This document shows positions 44,154-54,753 of a stretch of 64,000 bases of DNA, piece after piece. The position numbers and the translations under genes were made by a program. The notes below the pieces were generated by a model. It did not search any database and was not told the origin of the DNA. It worked only from the letters and a program-made list of their open reading frames with translations. This stretch comes from Candidatus Parcubacteria bacterium. Its GTDB lineage: Bacteria; Patescibacteriota; Patescibacteriia; UBA1558; GWA2-36-10. The stretch is taken from the NCBI GenBank assembly GCA_018669975.1, contig JABHSK010000002.1:73293-137292 (forward strand). The letters run 5' to 3'. Position 1 is the first letter of the stretch, and every line of letters begins with the position of its first letter.

Positions 44154-47100
44154 CTTGCGGGTCTATAGTTTCTTCTACTCTTTTACTACGATGCAACAGC
44201 ATGATAATCGCTAGTGCCAAAACAACTAGCAGCGCTGCACCAATCATATAATAAACTAACATACTATCAACACTGTCTTGTGTGGTAGTAGCATCAAAAT
44301 AATTATTAGCTGTTACCGCTTGAGCTCTCTTTACCAAAAATGATACTGGACTAGACTGTTTGACCACCTTACCGGTGTCATCATTAATTGTCACATAAAC
44401 TCTATGATGACCGTCTGTTAAGGACTCCTTAATTCCGTATGACCAATTACCACTAGCGTCTGTCTGTGTAGTCATTACCAAAGGCAAGTCACTATATAGG
44501 AAAAGTGTAATCCAAGTATTTGGCTGTGCGACACCCTTGAGTTCAACCCCCTGCTCTGTATTAGCCACATCTTGAACCTCAAAATCTTTATCAATCTTAT
44601 CGGATTTGACCTTAGGTTGTTCAATGATACCGCCTGATAGCATTACTTCGTCTAAGGCTGTGCGCTCCTTTTCCAACACACCCTCTCCCAAAGGATTATA
44701 GCCATTATTGACCTCTGTCCCATCAGGATAACCATCGCCATCTGTGTCTGGATTATTTATATCAGTACCATAATACTCCTCTAAATCATCTGCCAAGCCA
44801 TCACCATCCGTATCAATGACCATGACTGCATTATTGATTATGGTCAAATTGTCTTCATCTTCTAAAATAGTCTCTTTTTGTGACTCTGCCAAAAACACCC
44901 TTGCATTTTCTGATGTCAACGGCAAAACGCCCAAATCAACACCCTTGTCAGTTAACTCTTGATTCAATTCAGCTATCGTCAGTGTCTGACCAATCAAAGG
45001 GTTGGCCATCTCTTCTATGGCTTCTTGCTGTTGTTGACCAATTACCAATCTATTAAGATAGATGTCACGCAATACTGATTGACACAAATCATCATCGTCT
45101 AACAGGCAGGCTACGCTGGCACCATATTTCTCCAGCAAGAAATTTGTACAGTCTTCACGATTAATTATTTCTTCAGATCGACACTCTAGGTCAACACGAG
45201 TCGTGTTGAGATAATCTTCACAACTAGCCTGATCATATATACCCTGCTCTATACAACTATCATCCAATAAATCAACCATGGCTCTAAATTCCTGACAAGT
45301 AGCCTGATTTGTAATGCCTACATCTAGACAACTAGTATATATACCAATTATTACCTCTGCATTTTCTGATATAGTCTCCCCGCTGTAATCAGACCCTCCT
45401 TGGCCACCATCACCACCTTGACCATCCTCACCACCTTGATTACCCACACCATTTAATATGGCAATCTCTAGCCTATTAGAATCAACTCGGAAACTATTCA
45501 CTCCTGGGTCTATATAACGAGCAAAAATAAAGTACTCGCCGTTTGGAATAGTCAATGATGAATCTGTTCTTATTCTATTGAGATTATAAGAAACAAAAAT
45601 ATGTGGTGTGTCTAGATTATTATTTTCTATTTCTCGAATTTGTGGAGTAAGTGCTTCTAACTCCTCTTCTGGAAAAACGTCAACAGCTTGAAAGGGAAAA
45701 CTATAAAGTTCCCCTGAACTCTGATCTTCCAATATAAGCTGTAAGCCTTGCTGTATATAAAAATTAGAACTCACGAAAATGGACGTTGTCTCATCTGACA
45801 ACATCTCTGGAACATTGTGCATCCTTATTATAATATTCCCTGCTGTTGGCTGAGGATCTACCAACGCACCATTTTGTAAAGAAAAATATACCTTGTTACT
45901 CTCTAAACCTTGATATGGTGAATCAGGAACAGTCCCTACATTAATAATATATAAATAATAATCACCATCTTCCAGTTGAACATTACCCTGTGTGTCTTCT
46001 AAGACAATAAAGTATATCTTGGGAACATACACATCAGAATAATCTGACTGCGATACCCCTAAACCTTCCATAGTTTGCCAATTTGAAGCTTTTATACTGG
46101 GGTCTATTGGATGATGTTCACCTTCGGAGTTAATAGCCCTACCTTGAATGCGAATGTTTGATAGGCTAGTTAAAAGTGGGAAATCTATAAAACGACCTTC
46201 AGATGATTCTGTGATATGGGCTTGTCCCAATTCAAAAGTAACATCTGGTACTATAATCTCATCATTATCTACTCTGACATTAGAAAAAATATTACTTAAA
46301 ATTACCTCTCCTCCATCTAATAAGATAATTTTAACTAGAATTTTATAATCGCCGTCCGATGCATTCTCCATATGCCAAGCAGCATTATAATAATTATCAC
46401 TCTCTGAATATATACCAGTCAAGGTTGCCACATCTACTCCATTATTTATATCTTCAATAATAACCATAAAATTAGCAATGTCTGAAGGTAAAAAATTTGG
46501 CGTGGCATTTAACACTAAAGCTCCATAACTGTCAATATACTGTTCAGTAGAATTTATCTGCCATTCACCATCGCCACCATTGAATATAGTAGTAGTGATT
46601 GTATCACTCACCACATCAACATCACCTATAATGGCCTTGGCGTATACCCTATAATTTCTATCCGTAAACTGCGTAGTGTCAATATTAACTGCGTATTGTT
46701 GACTAACCTCTGCTGCACTGTATGTATACACCTCTCCGCTAATAGTGTCCTCCAATACAAACACGACATTCAAACCTGAAAAATTAGCTTCGGCTACCAA
46801 ATTAACTGAGCCTGACAAAGAGCCAGCTGGAACAAATAGCTCTAAGACCACATCATCTGGGTCTACGACAATTCCATTAGCTTGCACAAGAAAAGCAAAG
46901 GGCCTCTGAATAAAATCACCCTCGATATCCTCTGGTAATCCAGCACTAGCCGTCAGTGAATATGAACCCCCCACAAATGTGTCATCAATATCAATAGTAG
47001 CTGTCCAACTGTAACCATCGACATAATCAATGTCTAAAACGCCTGTAGTGATGGCGTGATCTGAGGAATTAGTAAATTCATATGTAAAACTAGGTGCATC

Positions 47101-48438
47101 AAAATTAGTAGAAAAATCCAACACTAAACTTGTTGGCCCATAGATTGTACCTGGGCTTTCTGGACTATTCAAAGTTATAGTTGGATCCTCTGGCGCTTGA
47201 TTTGGATCTGCAGCTACCACAAAATTTGATGCTCCCAAAATCAAATCTGGAAAATCATGTACCTCAGAGGTAGCCCTAAATTGAACATGATATGTTTCCT
47301 CATAATTAAATAGCCTAACATCATTATTCTGATAATAGTCTAAATCTAGAGTCCCATAATACTGGTCACCATTACTACTTGACTCTAGGGGTATAACCAC
47401 AAGATGGTCACCATCATGATAAATATCTACGTTCACTTCAGAATACTGCACCAATAAATTAGTACGCAAATTCACGATAAGATCTATTATACCACTTGCC
47501 TCTTCTCCTCTTTCTGGTGATATTATGATGCCCAGTAGTAGCGGTGGTGGTGTCACACCTCGATGTATAGTAAAAGAAACCTGTACCGCTATTGGCATAC
47601 TCGTTGGCTCTCCAACCACACCAGCCCCAGAACCACTACCACTAGGATACTGTAATATAGCTGACTCAAATATCGCTGTATATTCTCCACCTGGTAATTC
47701 AGAAACATCTACATCACCATTACCATATGCAGACCCACCATTATACCCAGAAGCTATACGCAAAACCTCCTCAAAGGTGCCAGTGTCACGTATGGACAAA
47801 AAAGACTGTGAAGCATCTATATCTAATGTTTCCTGTGTTTCTAGTACAAAATCTATGGTTTGTGGATTATCGAACACCTCTCCTGGTGGAAAAACCTCAA
47901 AAGAATTTGGCGAAGTAAAATACAAGCCGCCAGCAATTGTTACCTCATCAGCCACCGCTATTTCTATGGCCTCATCCATCATGACAATCTCTTCAGCTGT
48001 GGCTACCAAATTTACCATTTGCGGCATAGAAATATAGGTTTCTGCCAACGCTCCGTCTGTATCATAAATATTAGCGGTTGCAGACAAAGTATAAACGCCT
48101 ACTGGCCAAGAAGTGGTATCCCAGGCTGCTTGAGCCAACCAAGTACCATCTAGTTGATCTTCTGAATCAAAATTTAAACTAATCGCACCATCATAACTTT
48201 GCACTGTAAAATAGACAGCTGAAAAATTATTGTTATCACTGGTCGATAACATAGCCTGAATATCAATTTGCTCTCCTGCCTGAATACTGTAGCCCACAAT
48301 CGGATCTACAAATACTGCTGACAACTCATAATCTGAACTATTATATGCTTTGGTGGCCACAAAAACCATGGCTTGGGTAATCACCAAACAAATAATAAAT
48401 ACTAACTTGAAATAGTGTTGAATTTTATCTAGTAACAT
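44146..48438 (-). CDS. giant (1430 aa) cell-surface protein with C-terminal TM anchor, Gly/Gln-rich linker and thrombospondin-type-3-like Ca-binding module
   Basis: N-terminal signal, GNQGGEDGQGGDGGQGGSD, DTDGDGLADDLEEYYGTDINNPDTDGDGYPDGTEVNNGYNPLGEG, C-terminal TM (YYMIGAALLVVLALAIIMLL) and a short basic tail. Confidence 0.6.
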   Translation of the reverse strand: MLLDKIQHYFKLVFIICLVITQAMVFVATKAYNSSDYELSAVFVDPIVGYSIQAGEQIDIQAMLSTSDNNNFSAVYFTVQSYDGAISLNFDSEDQLDGTWLAQAAWDTTSWPVGVYTLSATANIYDTDGALAETYISMPQMVNLVATAEEIVMMDEAIEIAVADEVTIAGGLYFTSPNSFEVFPPGEVFDNPQTIDFVLETQETLDIDASQSFLSIRDTGTFEEVLRIASGYNGGSAYGNGDVDVSELPGGEYTAIFESAILQYPSGSGSGAGVVGEPTSMPIAVQVSFTIHRGVTPPPLLLGIIISPERGEEASGIIDLIVNLRTNLLVQYSEVNVDIYHDGDHLVVIPLESSSNGDQYYGTLDLDYYQNNDVRLFNYEETYHVQFRATSEVHDFPDLILGASNFVVAADPNQAPEDPTITLNSPESPGTIYGPTSLVLDFSTNFDAPSFTYEFTNSSDHAITTGVLDIDYVDGYSWTATIDIDDTFVGGSYSLTASAGLPEDIEGDFIQRPFAFLVQANGIVVDPDDVVLELFVPAGSLSGSVNLVAEANFSGLNVVFVLEDTISGEVYTYSAAEVSQQYAVNIDTTQFTDRNYRVYAKAIIGDVDVVSDTITTTIFNGGDGEWQINSTEQYIDSYGALVLNATPNFLPSDIANFMVIIEDINNGVDVATLTGIYSESDNYYNAAWHMENASDGDYKILVKIILLDGGEVILSNIFSNVRVDNDEIIVPDVTFELGQAHITESSEGRFIDFPLLTSLSNIRIQGRAINSEGEHHPIDPSIKASNWQTMEGLGVSQSDYSDVYVPKIYFIVLEDTQGNVQLEDGDYYLYIINVGTVPDSPYQGLESNKVYFSLQNGALVDPQPTAGNIIIRMHNVPEMLSDETTSIFVSSNFYIQQGLQLILEDQSSGELYSFPFQAVDVFPEEELEALTPQIREIENNNLDTPHIFVSYNLNRIRTDSSLTIPNGEYFIFARYIDPGVNSFRVDSNRLEIAILNGVGNQGGEDGQGGDGGQGGSDYSGETISENAEVIIGIYTSCLDVGITNQATCQEFRAMVDLLDDSCIEQGIYDQASCEDYLNTTRVDLECRSEEIINREDCTNFLLEKYGASVACLLDDDDLCQSVLRDIYLNRLVIGQQQQEAIEEMANPLIGQTLTIAELNQELTDKGVDLGVLPLTSENARVFLAESQKETILEDEDNLTIINNAVMVIDTDGDGLADDLEEYYGTDINNPDTDGDGYPDGTEVNNGYNPLGEGVLEKERTALDEVMLSGGIIEQPKVKSDKIDKDFEVQDVANTEQGVELKGVAQPNTWITLFLYSDLPLVMTTQTDASGNWSYGIKESLTDGHHRVYVTINDDTGKVVKQSSPVSFLVKRAQAVTANNYFDATTTQDSVDSMLVYYMIGAALLVVLALAIIMLLHRSKRVEETIDPQDG

Positions 48439-48534
48439 AATGAAAAAAATAGTTCTTTAACTTATTTATTATACCACAAAATAAGGTAAATAAAAAAATA
48501 GCCCACCTAGACTATTCTTATTTTTTAAATTTTA

Positions 48535-49350
48535 TTATTCGCAGGGACAAATATTATTATATCCTGCTGAAGCGTTGGTACAATCAAAAAAAGTTGTACG
48601 CGTACCACATATAGATCCATCAGCAAGATTAGCTGGCGTAAAGCCTGGCGCACTAGCTTCAAAACATACAGTGCCACAAGCCGCACCAAACGCCATATTT
48701 AAATCACAATAAGCAGTACCACTAGAATCAACATCTGGACCATACTTTACTTTCTCTACACAAACTTTATCAGCGTCTGAACAAACAGCATCACAATCAT
48801 CAGTCGTTGCAGTGGCTATCTCCCAGCAATAACCACCAGCATAAGCAAGACAAGATACACTAACACTAGTGGTCTTGGTAATAGCGCTCGAACCATAAGT
48901 ACTACAAGCGCCTACTACTAACTGCCCATTACTATCCTTTTCTAAATAATACCCTGTGTCTGTATTAGCTGACTTGTCAGGATCTATGGGTAGTTGTTGT
49001 AAATAATCACTATAAAAATCTCTGTGTGCAATCCTCAAACAATCAGCACTATCGCCGGAACAACTAACATTACTACCGCCCTGTGATTCACATAAAACTT
49101 TTTTAGTACCATTTACTACTGAACCCAATACAGGCAAAGCCCCTTTGTGATCATGGGTGTATTCAGCTATGGCTTCTGCTAGCATTAGAACCGCCTCTCT
49201 ACGACGCTGATCTTTTGCTTCTCCAATTTTAGCTACTGGATCTACCCACATAAAAACAGCTGAACCTAAAATAACTATAATCATTGTAACCATAATCAAC
49301 CCGACCAATGTCAATCCTTGTCTTTCTTTGGGAAAATCCATACTAGGCAA
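48535..49350 (-). CDS. pilin-like N-terminus (non-canonical) Cys-rich secreted protein
   Basis: QGLTLVGLIMVTMIIVILGSAVF resembles a prepilin hydrophobic segment but lacks the Glu at position +5. Mature part carries more than 20 Cys. Confidence 0.4.
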   Translation of the reverse strand: MPSMDFPKERQGLTLVGLIMVTMIIVILGSAVFMWVDPVAKIGEAKDQRRREAVLMLAEAIAEYTHDHKGALPVLGSVVNGTKKVLCESQGGSNVSCSGDSADCLRIAHRDFYSDYLQQLPIDPDKSANTDTGYYLEKDSNGQLVVGACSTYGSSAITKTTSVSVSCLAYAGGYCWEIATATTDDCDAVCSDADKVCVEKVKYGPDVDSSGTAYCDLNMAFGAACGTVCFEASAPGFTPANLADGSICGTRTTFFDCTNASAGYNNICPCE

Positions 49351-50200
49351 ACTCTTTGGTCAATTGATCAATATTCCTAACCTGTACTTTTCTCTTGATT
49401 AGAGCCGTTCCTTTTAACTGCGGTAAATTACTACCATAGGTATCACGAGCTTTCTGATAAAAAATACCATAAGGGATTTTATTACCCCACACCAAACTAG
49501 CTTTGTAAGCTTGTTCAACATCCTGAGCATTATATCCTTCCTGTTCATTAATATTATAAAGACGATCAAAATACCATTTAAAAGTATTTAACTTATTAAA
49601 GGTCACACAAGGTTGGAAAGCATCTACCAAAGAAAAACCTTTATGAGTAATAGCTGCTTTAATAGTATCTTTAAGATGTACCGCATTACCAGAAAAGCTC
49701 CTAGCCACAAAAGTTCCTCCTGCCGCCAAAGCCAAAGACATTGGATTGGCAGCCTTCTCTATCAATCCATCTGGAGTAGACTTGGTTTTAAAACCCTTGT
49801 TTGATGTCGGTGATGCCTGACCAGTAGTCAGACTATACATCTTATTATCATGAGTAATATAAGTTATATTAGCATTACCACGGATAGCATGAATAAAATG
49901 ACTCATACCCTCACCATAGGCATCTCCGTCTCCAGATAAAGCTATCACTGTTAAATCTTTATTGGCTAATTTAGCACCAACTGCTGTCGGTACTGGTCGA
50001 CCATGAAGAGAATGCCAGGAATAAGCTCTAGTAAAGTTAGCTCCATTGCTAGAACAACCAATACCATGCACCATCAGCACCTGCTCTGGTTTGAGACCTA
50101 ATTCTACTAGTGCATTTTTAAGAGCAATCCAAATACCAAAATTGCCGCAGCCTGGGCACCAAGTAGGTTTATAACTTGTTTCAAAATCTTTTATTTTCAT
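49343..50200 (-). CDS. 2-oxoacid:ferredoxin oxidoreductase beta subunit (TPP-binding)
   Basis: TWCPGCGNFGI and GDGDAYGEG (TPP Mg-binding GDG) motifs. Confidence 0.85.
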   Translation of the reverse strand: MKIKDFETSYKPTWCPGCGNFGIWIALKNALVELGLKPEQVLMVHGIGCSSNGANFTRAYSWHSLHGRPVPTAVGAKLANKDLTVIALSGDGDAYGEGMSHFIHAIRGNANITYITHDNKMYSLTTGQASPTSNKGFKTKSTPDGLIEKAANPMSLALAAGGTFVARSFSGNAVHLKDTIKAAITHKGFSLVDAFQPCVTFNKLNTFKWYFDRLYNINEQEGYNAQDVEQAYKASLVWGNKIPYGIFYQKARDTYGSNLPQLKGTALIKRKVQVRNIDQLTKEFA

Positions 50201-50202
50201 AT

Positions 50203-51942
50203 TTAAAATTTCTTTAATGCACTTATTATTTCCTCCCTATAAAAAGGTCGGCCGTCATATTTTAATAATTTCTTTTTGATTTGAATACCGGTCTCCTGGG
50301 CAATTAAATTACCAAGTTGACTATTACTATTATTTTCAACCAATAAAACATCTTTAGAGCCTTGTAATATTCGGCTAACGAATTTTTTTGGAAATGGCCA
50401 CAGATACTGCAGTTGCATAACCCTTATTTTCTTTTTGATATTTTCTGGAAGTTGAACATAAGAATCTAAAATTGCACCCTTGTTTGATCCCCAAAAAACT
50501 ACCGTCTTTTTAGCCTTAGGGTTTCCATAAACCAAAGGATCTGGCATTACTTTAGCAAAGGTCTCTAATTTTCGATTGCGTTTATCAACTTGCTTGATTC
50601 TGTTTTCTGAACTCTCCCAAGAAAATCCATACTCGTTATGTTCATCACTATTAGCTATAAACAAACCTTTCTTCATGCCTGGCAAAGAACGCGGTGAAAC
50701 ACCATCTTCAGTCACCTTATAACGAAGATATTTCTTCATCTTGTTCAACTGTGCCTGAGTCAATAATTTTCCACGATTTATTTTTACCTTATTGGTCTTA
50801 AATCTTTTTACAGTCGTATTACCTTCGGCAATTAACTTGTCAGACAATATAATAACTGGCAGTTGATATGTCTCTGCTAGATTCAATGCCTCTGCACCCA
50901 AGTCAAAAGCTTCTTGAGCATCCCCAGGAGCTATTACCATTCTAGGAAAATCTCCTGGTGCTGCATGCAACATAAATTGCAAGTCACCTTGTTCTGTCCA
51001 AGTTGGGATTCCAGTAGCTGGTCCAGCTCGCTGTACATTTACCATCACCAAGGGTGTTTCTGTCAGACTAACCAACCCCAGTGCTTCACTCATCAATGCC
51101 AGACCTCCACCAGAAGTACCAACCATAGCTCGAGCTCCAGCATGAGCAGCACCTAGAGCCATATTAACCACTGCAATTTCATCTTCGGCATGCTTGACTA
51201 CTGTACCAGTCTTCTGTGCTACCTTAGCCAAATAATGCAAAATAGACGATGAAGGTGTCATTGGGTAGGCTACATAAAAGTTTAGACCTCCTGCCAAAGC
51301 ACCCAAAGCCAACGACTCATTGGCTGATATTAAAATATTATCTTTTTTATCAAGATTAGGTAGTTCGCAAATAAAATCCTCTTTATAGTTTTGCTTAACA
51401 TACTCAAAGCCAGCTTTAAGAGCTTTGATGTTATTATTTACCACTTTCACACCTTTATGCTTAAAGGTTTCTCTAATTACTTTATTGGCGACTGTTAAAC
51501 TTTGACCAACCAAAGCTAGCGTGGCGCCAATGGCTACTACGTTGCGCATCAATTCCCCGCCAGCATCTTTGGCTATAGTGCTTAGAGGAATACCAATGCC
51601 GTGCACATGATTTTGTTTTAGTTTTGGAGCTGATACTTTGATGACATCCGAATCATAGACCAACACACCGTCCTTACAGAGATCTGATAAATTTTCTGTA
51701 ATGGTGTTTTGATTAAGGGCCACCAAAACATCTACGTTTTTGGTAACACTATTTACTGGTCTAACATCTACCATCAATTGAAACACATTGTGTCCACCGC
51801 GTACCAATGATGGATATTCGGTATAGTCAAAAATTTCATAACCGGTTCGCATGAATATTTTTCCAAACATCATTCCAGCTGATTTAATACCAAAACCAGC
51901 TTCACCAGCTATTTTCCAGCTCAAATTATTTTTTGTTTTCAT
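50203..51942 (-). CDS. 2-oxoacid:ferredoxin oxidoreductase alpha subunit
   Basis: 579-aa KorA/OorA-type alpha subunit. Lies immediately upstream of the beta gene with a 2-nt spacer. Confidence 0.8.
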   Translation of the reverse strand: MKTKNNLSWKIAGEAGFGIKSAGMMFGKIFMRTGYEIFDYTEYPSLVRGGHNVFQLMVDVRPVNSVTKNVDVLVALNQNTITENLSDLCKDGVLVYDSDVIKVSAPKLKQNHVHGIGIPLSTIAKDAGGELMRNVVAIGATLALVGQSLTVANKVIRETFKHKGVKVVNNNIKALKAGFEYVKQNYKEDFICELPNLDKKDNILISANESLALGALAGGLNFYVAYPMTPSSSILHYLAKVAQKTGTVVKHAEDEIAVVNMALGAAHAGARAMVGTSGGGLALMSEALGLVSLTETPLVMVNVQRAGPATGIPTWTEQGDLQFMLHAAPGDFPRMVIAPGDAQEAFDLGAEALNLAETYQLPVIILSDKLIAEGNTTVKRFKTNKVKINRGKLLTQAQLNKMKKYLRYKVTEDGVSPRSLPGMKKGLFIANSDEHNEYGFSWESSENRIKQVDKRNRKLETFAKVMPDPLVYGNPKAKKTVVFWGSNKGAILDSYVQLPENIKKKIRVMQLQYLWPFPKKFVSRILQGSKDVLLVENNSNSQLGNLIAQETGIQIKKKLLKYDGRPFYREEIISALKKF

Positions 51943-52041
51943 AATCTGTTTAGATTTGTTAATTTTTTCATTATTATTATACCATTTTTATTAAATTAGA
52001 TAAAATAAAAAACCCTGCACTATACAATGCAGGGCAAAATG

Positions 52042-52662
52042 TCAGATACCGATAACAGCTTCGATATTGCCATCGTTGATGACCACTGACTTGAGTACTG
52101 CCTTAGCAGCTTTTTGCTTGATATCAGAAGTATTCAAAGTGTAGACAGGCAGGGTGTCCAAACCAAAGTAAATGATTTTTCCCAAAGCCCCGGCGACTTT
52201 GTCACACTTGGACTTACTTAGCCCACCGATGGTCAAACTCTCAATCTCAGAGTTTACCAGGTAGAAGCTACCCTTACTGGGAACGTACTCCAGTTCCGCC
52301 GACATCATTAAATCACCCGAATAGGTATCGCGTAAAAACTCGATCTCGGTATTGAGACCAAAAGTAATTCGCTCCGAACCGGCCGTCAACAGAACTGTAG
52401 GATTACTGAAGTCTGCCTTAATCAGGCGATTCTCCTTGTGCATGGGAAATTTTCCCACCATCTTGTCTTCGATTTGCTGCTGAGTGATAGTAATAGTCTT
52501 GGTCCACAGCGATTTACCGCCACAACCAACCAGGGATAGAGAGAAAACAATCAACAAACACAAACACACAACTTTCTTCATCTTTTTCACCTTTCTGACT
52601 TGAGTTTGAAAATGAACAGGAATAAATGGAACGACAAAGAAAATTATCATAAACACGTCCAC
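52042..52662 (-). CDS. lipoprotein (GC-richer island)
   Basis: Lipobox LSLVGCGG. The likely true start is the internal MKKVVCL (around 52590). Composition visibly GC-richer than the rest of the window. Confidence 0.5.
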   Translation of the reverse strand: MDVFMIIFFVVPFIPVHFQTQVRKVKKMKKVVCLCLLIVFSLSLVGCGGKSLWTKTITITQQQIEDKMVGKFPMHKENRLIKADFSNPTVLLTAGSERITFGLNTEIEFLRDTYSGDLMMSAELEYVPSKGSFYLVNSEIESLTIGGLSKSKCDKVAGALGKIIYFGLDTLPVYTLNTSDIKQKAAKAVLKSVVINDGNIEAVIGI

Positions 52663-53088
52663 ATGTCAAACCTGCTTAAATCAAAAAAGCTCAAGGTTGA
52701 TGAACCCGAGCTCCTTTGATTGTCTGTTAAAATATATTATGTTATGGAGAATCCTTGTTTTGATTATCTCCTAGTTCCTTTGTGTTTTGCTGTTCGTTTT
52801 TTATTACCATCAAATCATCTGGCGGAGCTGTTTGTATCTCATGCTCTGGTTGCTCCATTATTTGACGATCTTTTTTCGAAAATCCCAACAATTTTCCAAA
52901 AAATGACATATATAAAATTTTAATGATCTTGTATCCATCAGAGGATGGATGATTTTTTGACATATTGATCCCCCTAACAATATATCGTGTATGGTGCCCA
53001 ACTAAAGAGCACCAAAATGTAGATTGTTTTATTCATTTGTATTTTTATTTTTATTTTTTCACTAACGCAAACATCTTGACGCTTCTTA

Positions 53089-53208
53089 TTAGCTAACTAG
53101 AAAGACTAGTGCTAAAAGATAAAGAGCAAGTACCGACCAGTTTTCCGAGCTTTCCACTCTGGGATTGCAATGAAAACCGGATAATTTAAAAGATTTTACT
53201 TCATTCAT
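53089..53208 (-). CDS. unannotated 39-aa hydrophobic peptide (below ORF-track size cutoff)
   Basis: My translation gives MNEVKSFKLSGFHCNPRVESSENWSVLALYLLALVFLVS. Tandem paralog of the next peptide. Confidence 0.3.
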   Translation of the reverse strand: MNEVKSFKLSGFHCNPRVESSENWSVLALYLLALVFLVS

Positions 53209-53223
53209 AAATTTAATTAATAA

Positions 53224-53370
53224 TTAAAGACTAGTACCTACTAGCAATAGTAAGCCAAAGGAGCCAATAGCAACTAGGCCTATTATCGCCCAGTAGTCAC
53301 TGTTGCGCAATTTTTTGTCCCCTGGCTTGATAATTAATTTAAAAGATTCTACTTCGCTTGTTTTAAACAT
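53224..53370 (-). CDS. unannotated 48-aa hydrophobic peptide (below ORF-track size cutoff)
   Basis: My translation gives MFKTSEVESFKLIIKPGDKKLRNSDYWAIIGLVAIGSFGLLLLVGTSL. Shares the EV-SFKL N-terminal motif and a hydrophobic tail with the upstream peptide. Confidence 0.3.
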   Translation of the reverse strand: MFKTSEVESFKLIIKPGDKKLRNSDYWAIIGLVAIGSFGLLLLVGTSL

Positions 53371-53637
53371 ATTAAACTTCAGGCCTATTACTTATTAGCT
53401 TGGAAGGTTTTTTGCAAGTTTTATGTTTATTTTTATTTTTGGGGCTTAACTTAACCGCTTATTACAAAAAAACGGTTATAAACAAAAAAAATCGGTGTTT
53501 ACCTGGGATGGTTTCCCAAATAATTAACACCAATTTCAACTTACATATACATAATAGCATGAAAAAACACTTTTGTCAACCAAAAAGAAAAAGGAGCAAC
53601 CGTAGCTGCTCCTTTTTCACGCGAATGATTAATTGGT

Positions 53638-54753
53638 TCAGGACTTCTGAGCCTGGCTCATGTCGTACCGAATCCTGCGGCAACGATGCAACCCCATCTT
53701 ATACCACGGGCACTTCTTGTAAGTGCACTGAGCATTACTAGCACAGTGTTCCGGTAAGCATTTAGGGTTGACTGCAATGGTAATCGCCGCCTTGATCTGG
53801 TCCAGAGAGATCCGAGTCGGAGACACATCCGGAGCGGACAGACTACCGTTGAGAAGCATCTGCCCCTCATGGTGGAAATACCATTCCTCAGCACCTTCGA
53901 TTTTACCTTCGGCCCTCAACTGAGCCCAATCGGTAGTCACTACCTTATCGGCGAGAGCTTGCTCTTCCAGACGCAACATCTGTGCCAGATCGTACAACTG
54001 CAGCCCATGCCGCTTGTTGCTAAAAATCTGTACGTTCCCAGTGGAACGCTTCTGCACTACGATAGCCGCATCCAGGCCAGACTTGTTACGAGCAGCTTTG
54101 GAGACATGCTCACTATCCGATTCGATGATAACCATCTTGTGTTGCTGAGTACCAGCCATGATGGTCAGAACCTCGGCGTTTTCCAGTGCGATCTGGGCAT
54201 CGACAAAGCCTTTCTGCTCCAAATATTTGACATCGAGAGCAGCCATGGCCCACGTCATGACCTTCTCCGGATCATCCGGATAAAACTCATGCATGGCCTT
54301 GGAGATAGCCGAAATGTCGAAAGGATGGCTAGTGCCATGAAGATCGTTGGTCAAGGTAAACTTGAGAATCTTGACCAGAATAGGATCCTGGTCGATGCCT
54401 AAGTCCTTGGCTACCAAAGTGGCAGCACAATCTCCCTGTTTGCTTTTGTCGCCATTGCGACCGTGTTCGTCGAAACGACCACCGCCGGTACCGACCAGCA
54501 AATAACCTTCAGCCTCATAACCTTCAGCCGAACGACCATCAGGCGCATTACCGCCATTGGTCCAGTACTCGATCGCGGCTTCTGCCACACCCGGGTACTT
54601 GTCTGCACCAAACTTGATCAGTAGCCAGATGGCTACGATCTCGTCCAGATGCGGACGCACATGCGTAGCAATCGCTCTGATTTGCTGACTCATAACAGTC
54701 CTCCTTTTTTGAACCGTTTTTCCAAAACCTAAGTTTTGGAGGTTTTCTAACAA
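53638..54753 (-). CDS. MYG1/UPF0160-like metal-dependent hydrolase with Cys-rich C-terminus (GC-richer island)
   Basis: ATHVRPHLDEIVAIWLL resembles the MYG1 THxGxFHxDE...LL motif. GTGGGRFDEHG resembles the MYG1 GG-YD-HH segment. C-terminal CLPEHCASNAQCTYKKCPWYKMGLHRC. Tentative. Confidence 0.35.
   Translation of the reverse strand: MLENLQNLGFGKTVQKRRTVMSQQIRAIATHVRPHLDEIVAIWLLIKFGADKYPGVAEAAIEYWTNGGNAPDGRSAEGYEAEGYLLVGTGGGRFDEHGRNGDKSKQGDCAATLVAKDLGIDQDPILVKILKFTLTNDLHGTSHPFDISAISKAMHEFYPDDPEKVMTWAMAALDVKYLEQKGFVDAQIALENAEVLTIMAGTQQHKMVIIESDSEHVSKAARNKSGLDAAIVVQKRSTGNVQIFSNKRHGLQLYDLAQMLRLEEQALADKVVTTDWAQLRAEGKIEGAEEWYFHHEGQMLLNGSLSAPDVSPTRISLDQIKAAITIAVNPKCLPEHCASNAQCTYKKCPWYKMGLHRCRRIRYDMSQAQKS

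Noticed and set aside
47525-48153. Plus-strand ORFs antisense to the 1430-aa surface protein gene (including 46148..46348)
   Set aside because: Shadow ORFs within a long, well-supported minus-strand CDS.
53400-54611. ORFs 53400..53741(+), 53658..53894(-), 53869..54402(+), 54411..54611(-)
   Set aside because: All overlap the 371-aa MYG1-like CDS in other frames within GC-rich DNA. No motifs.
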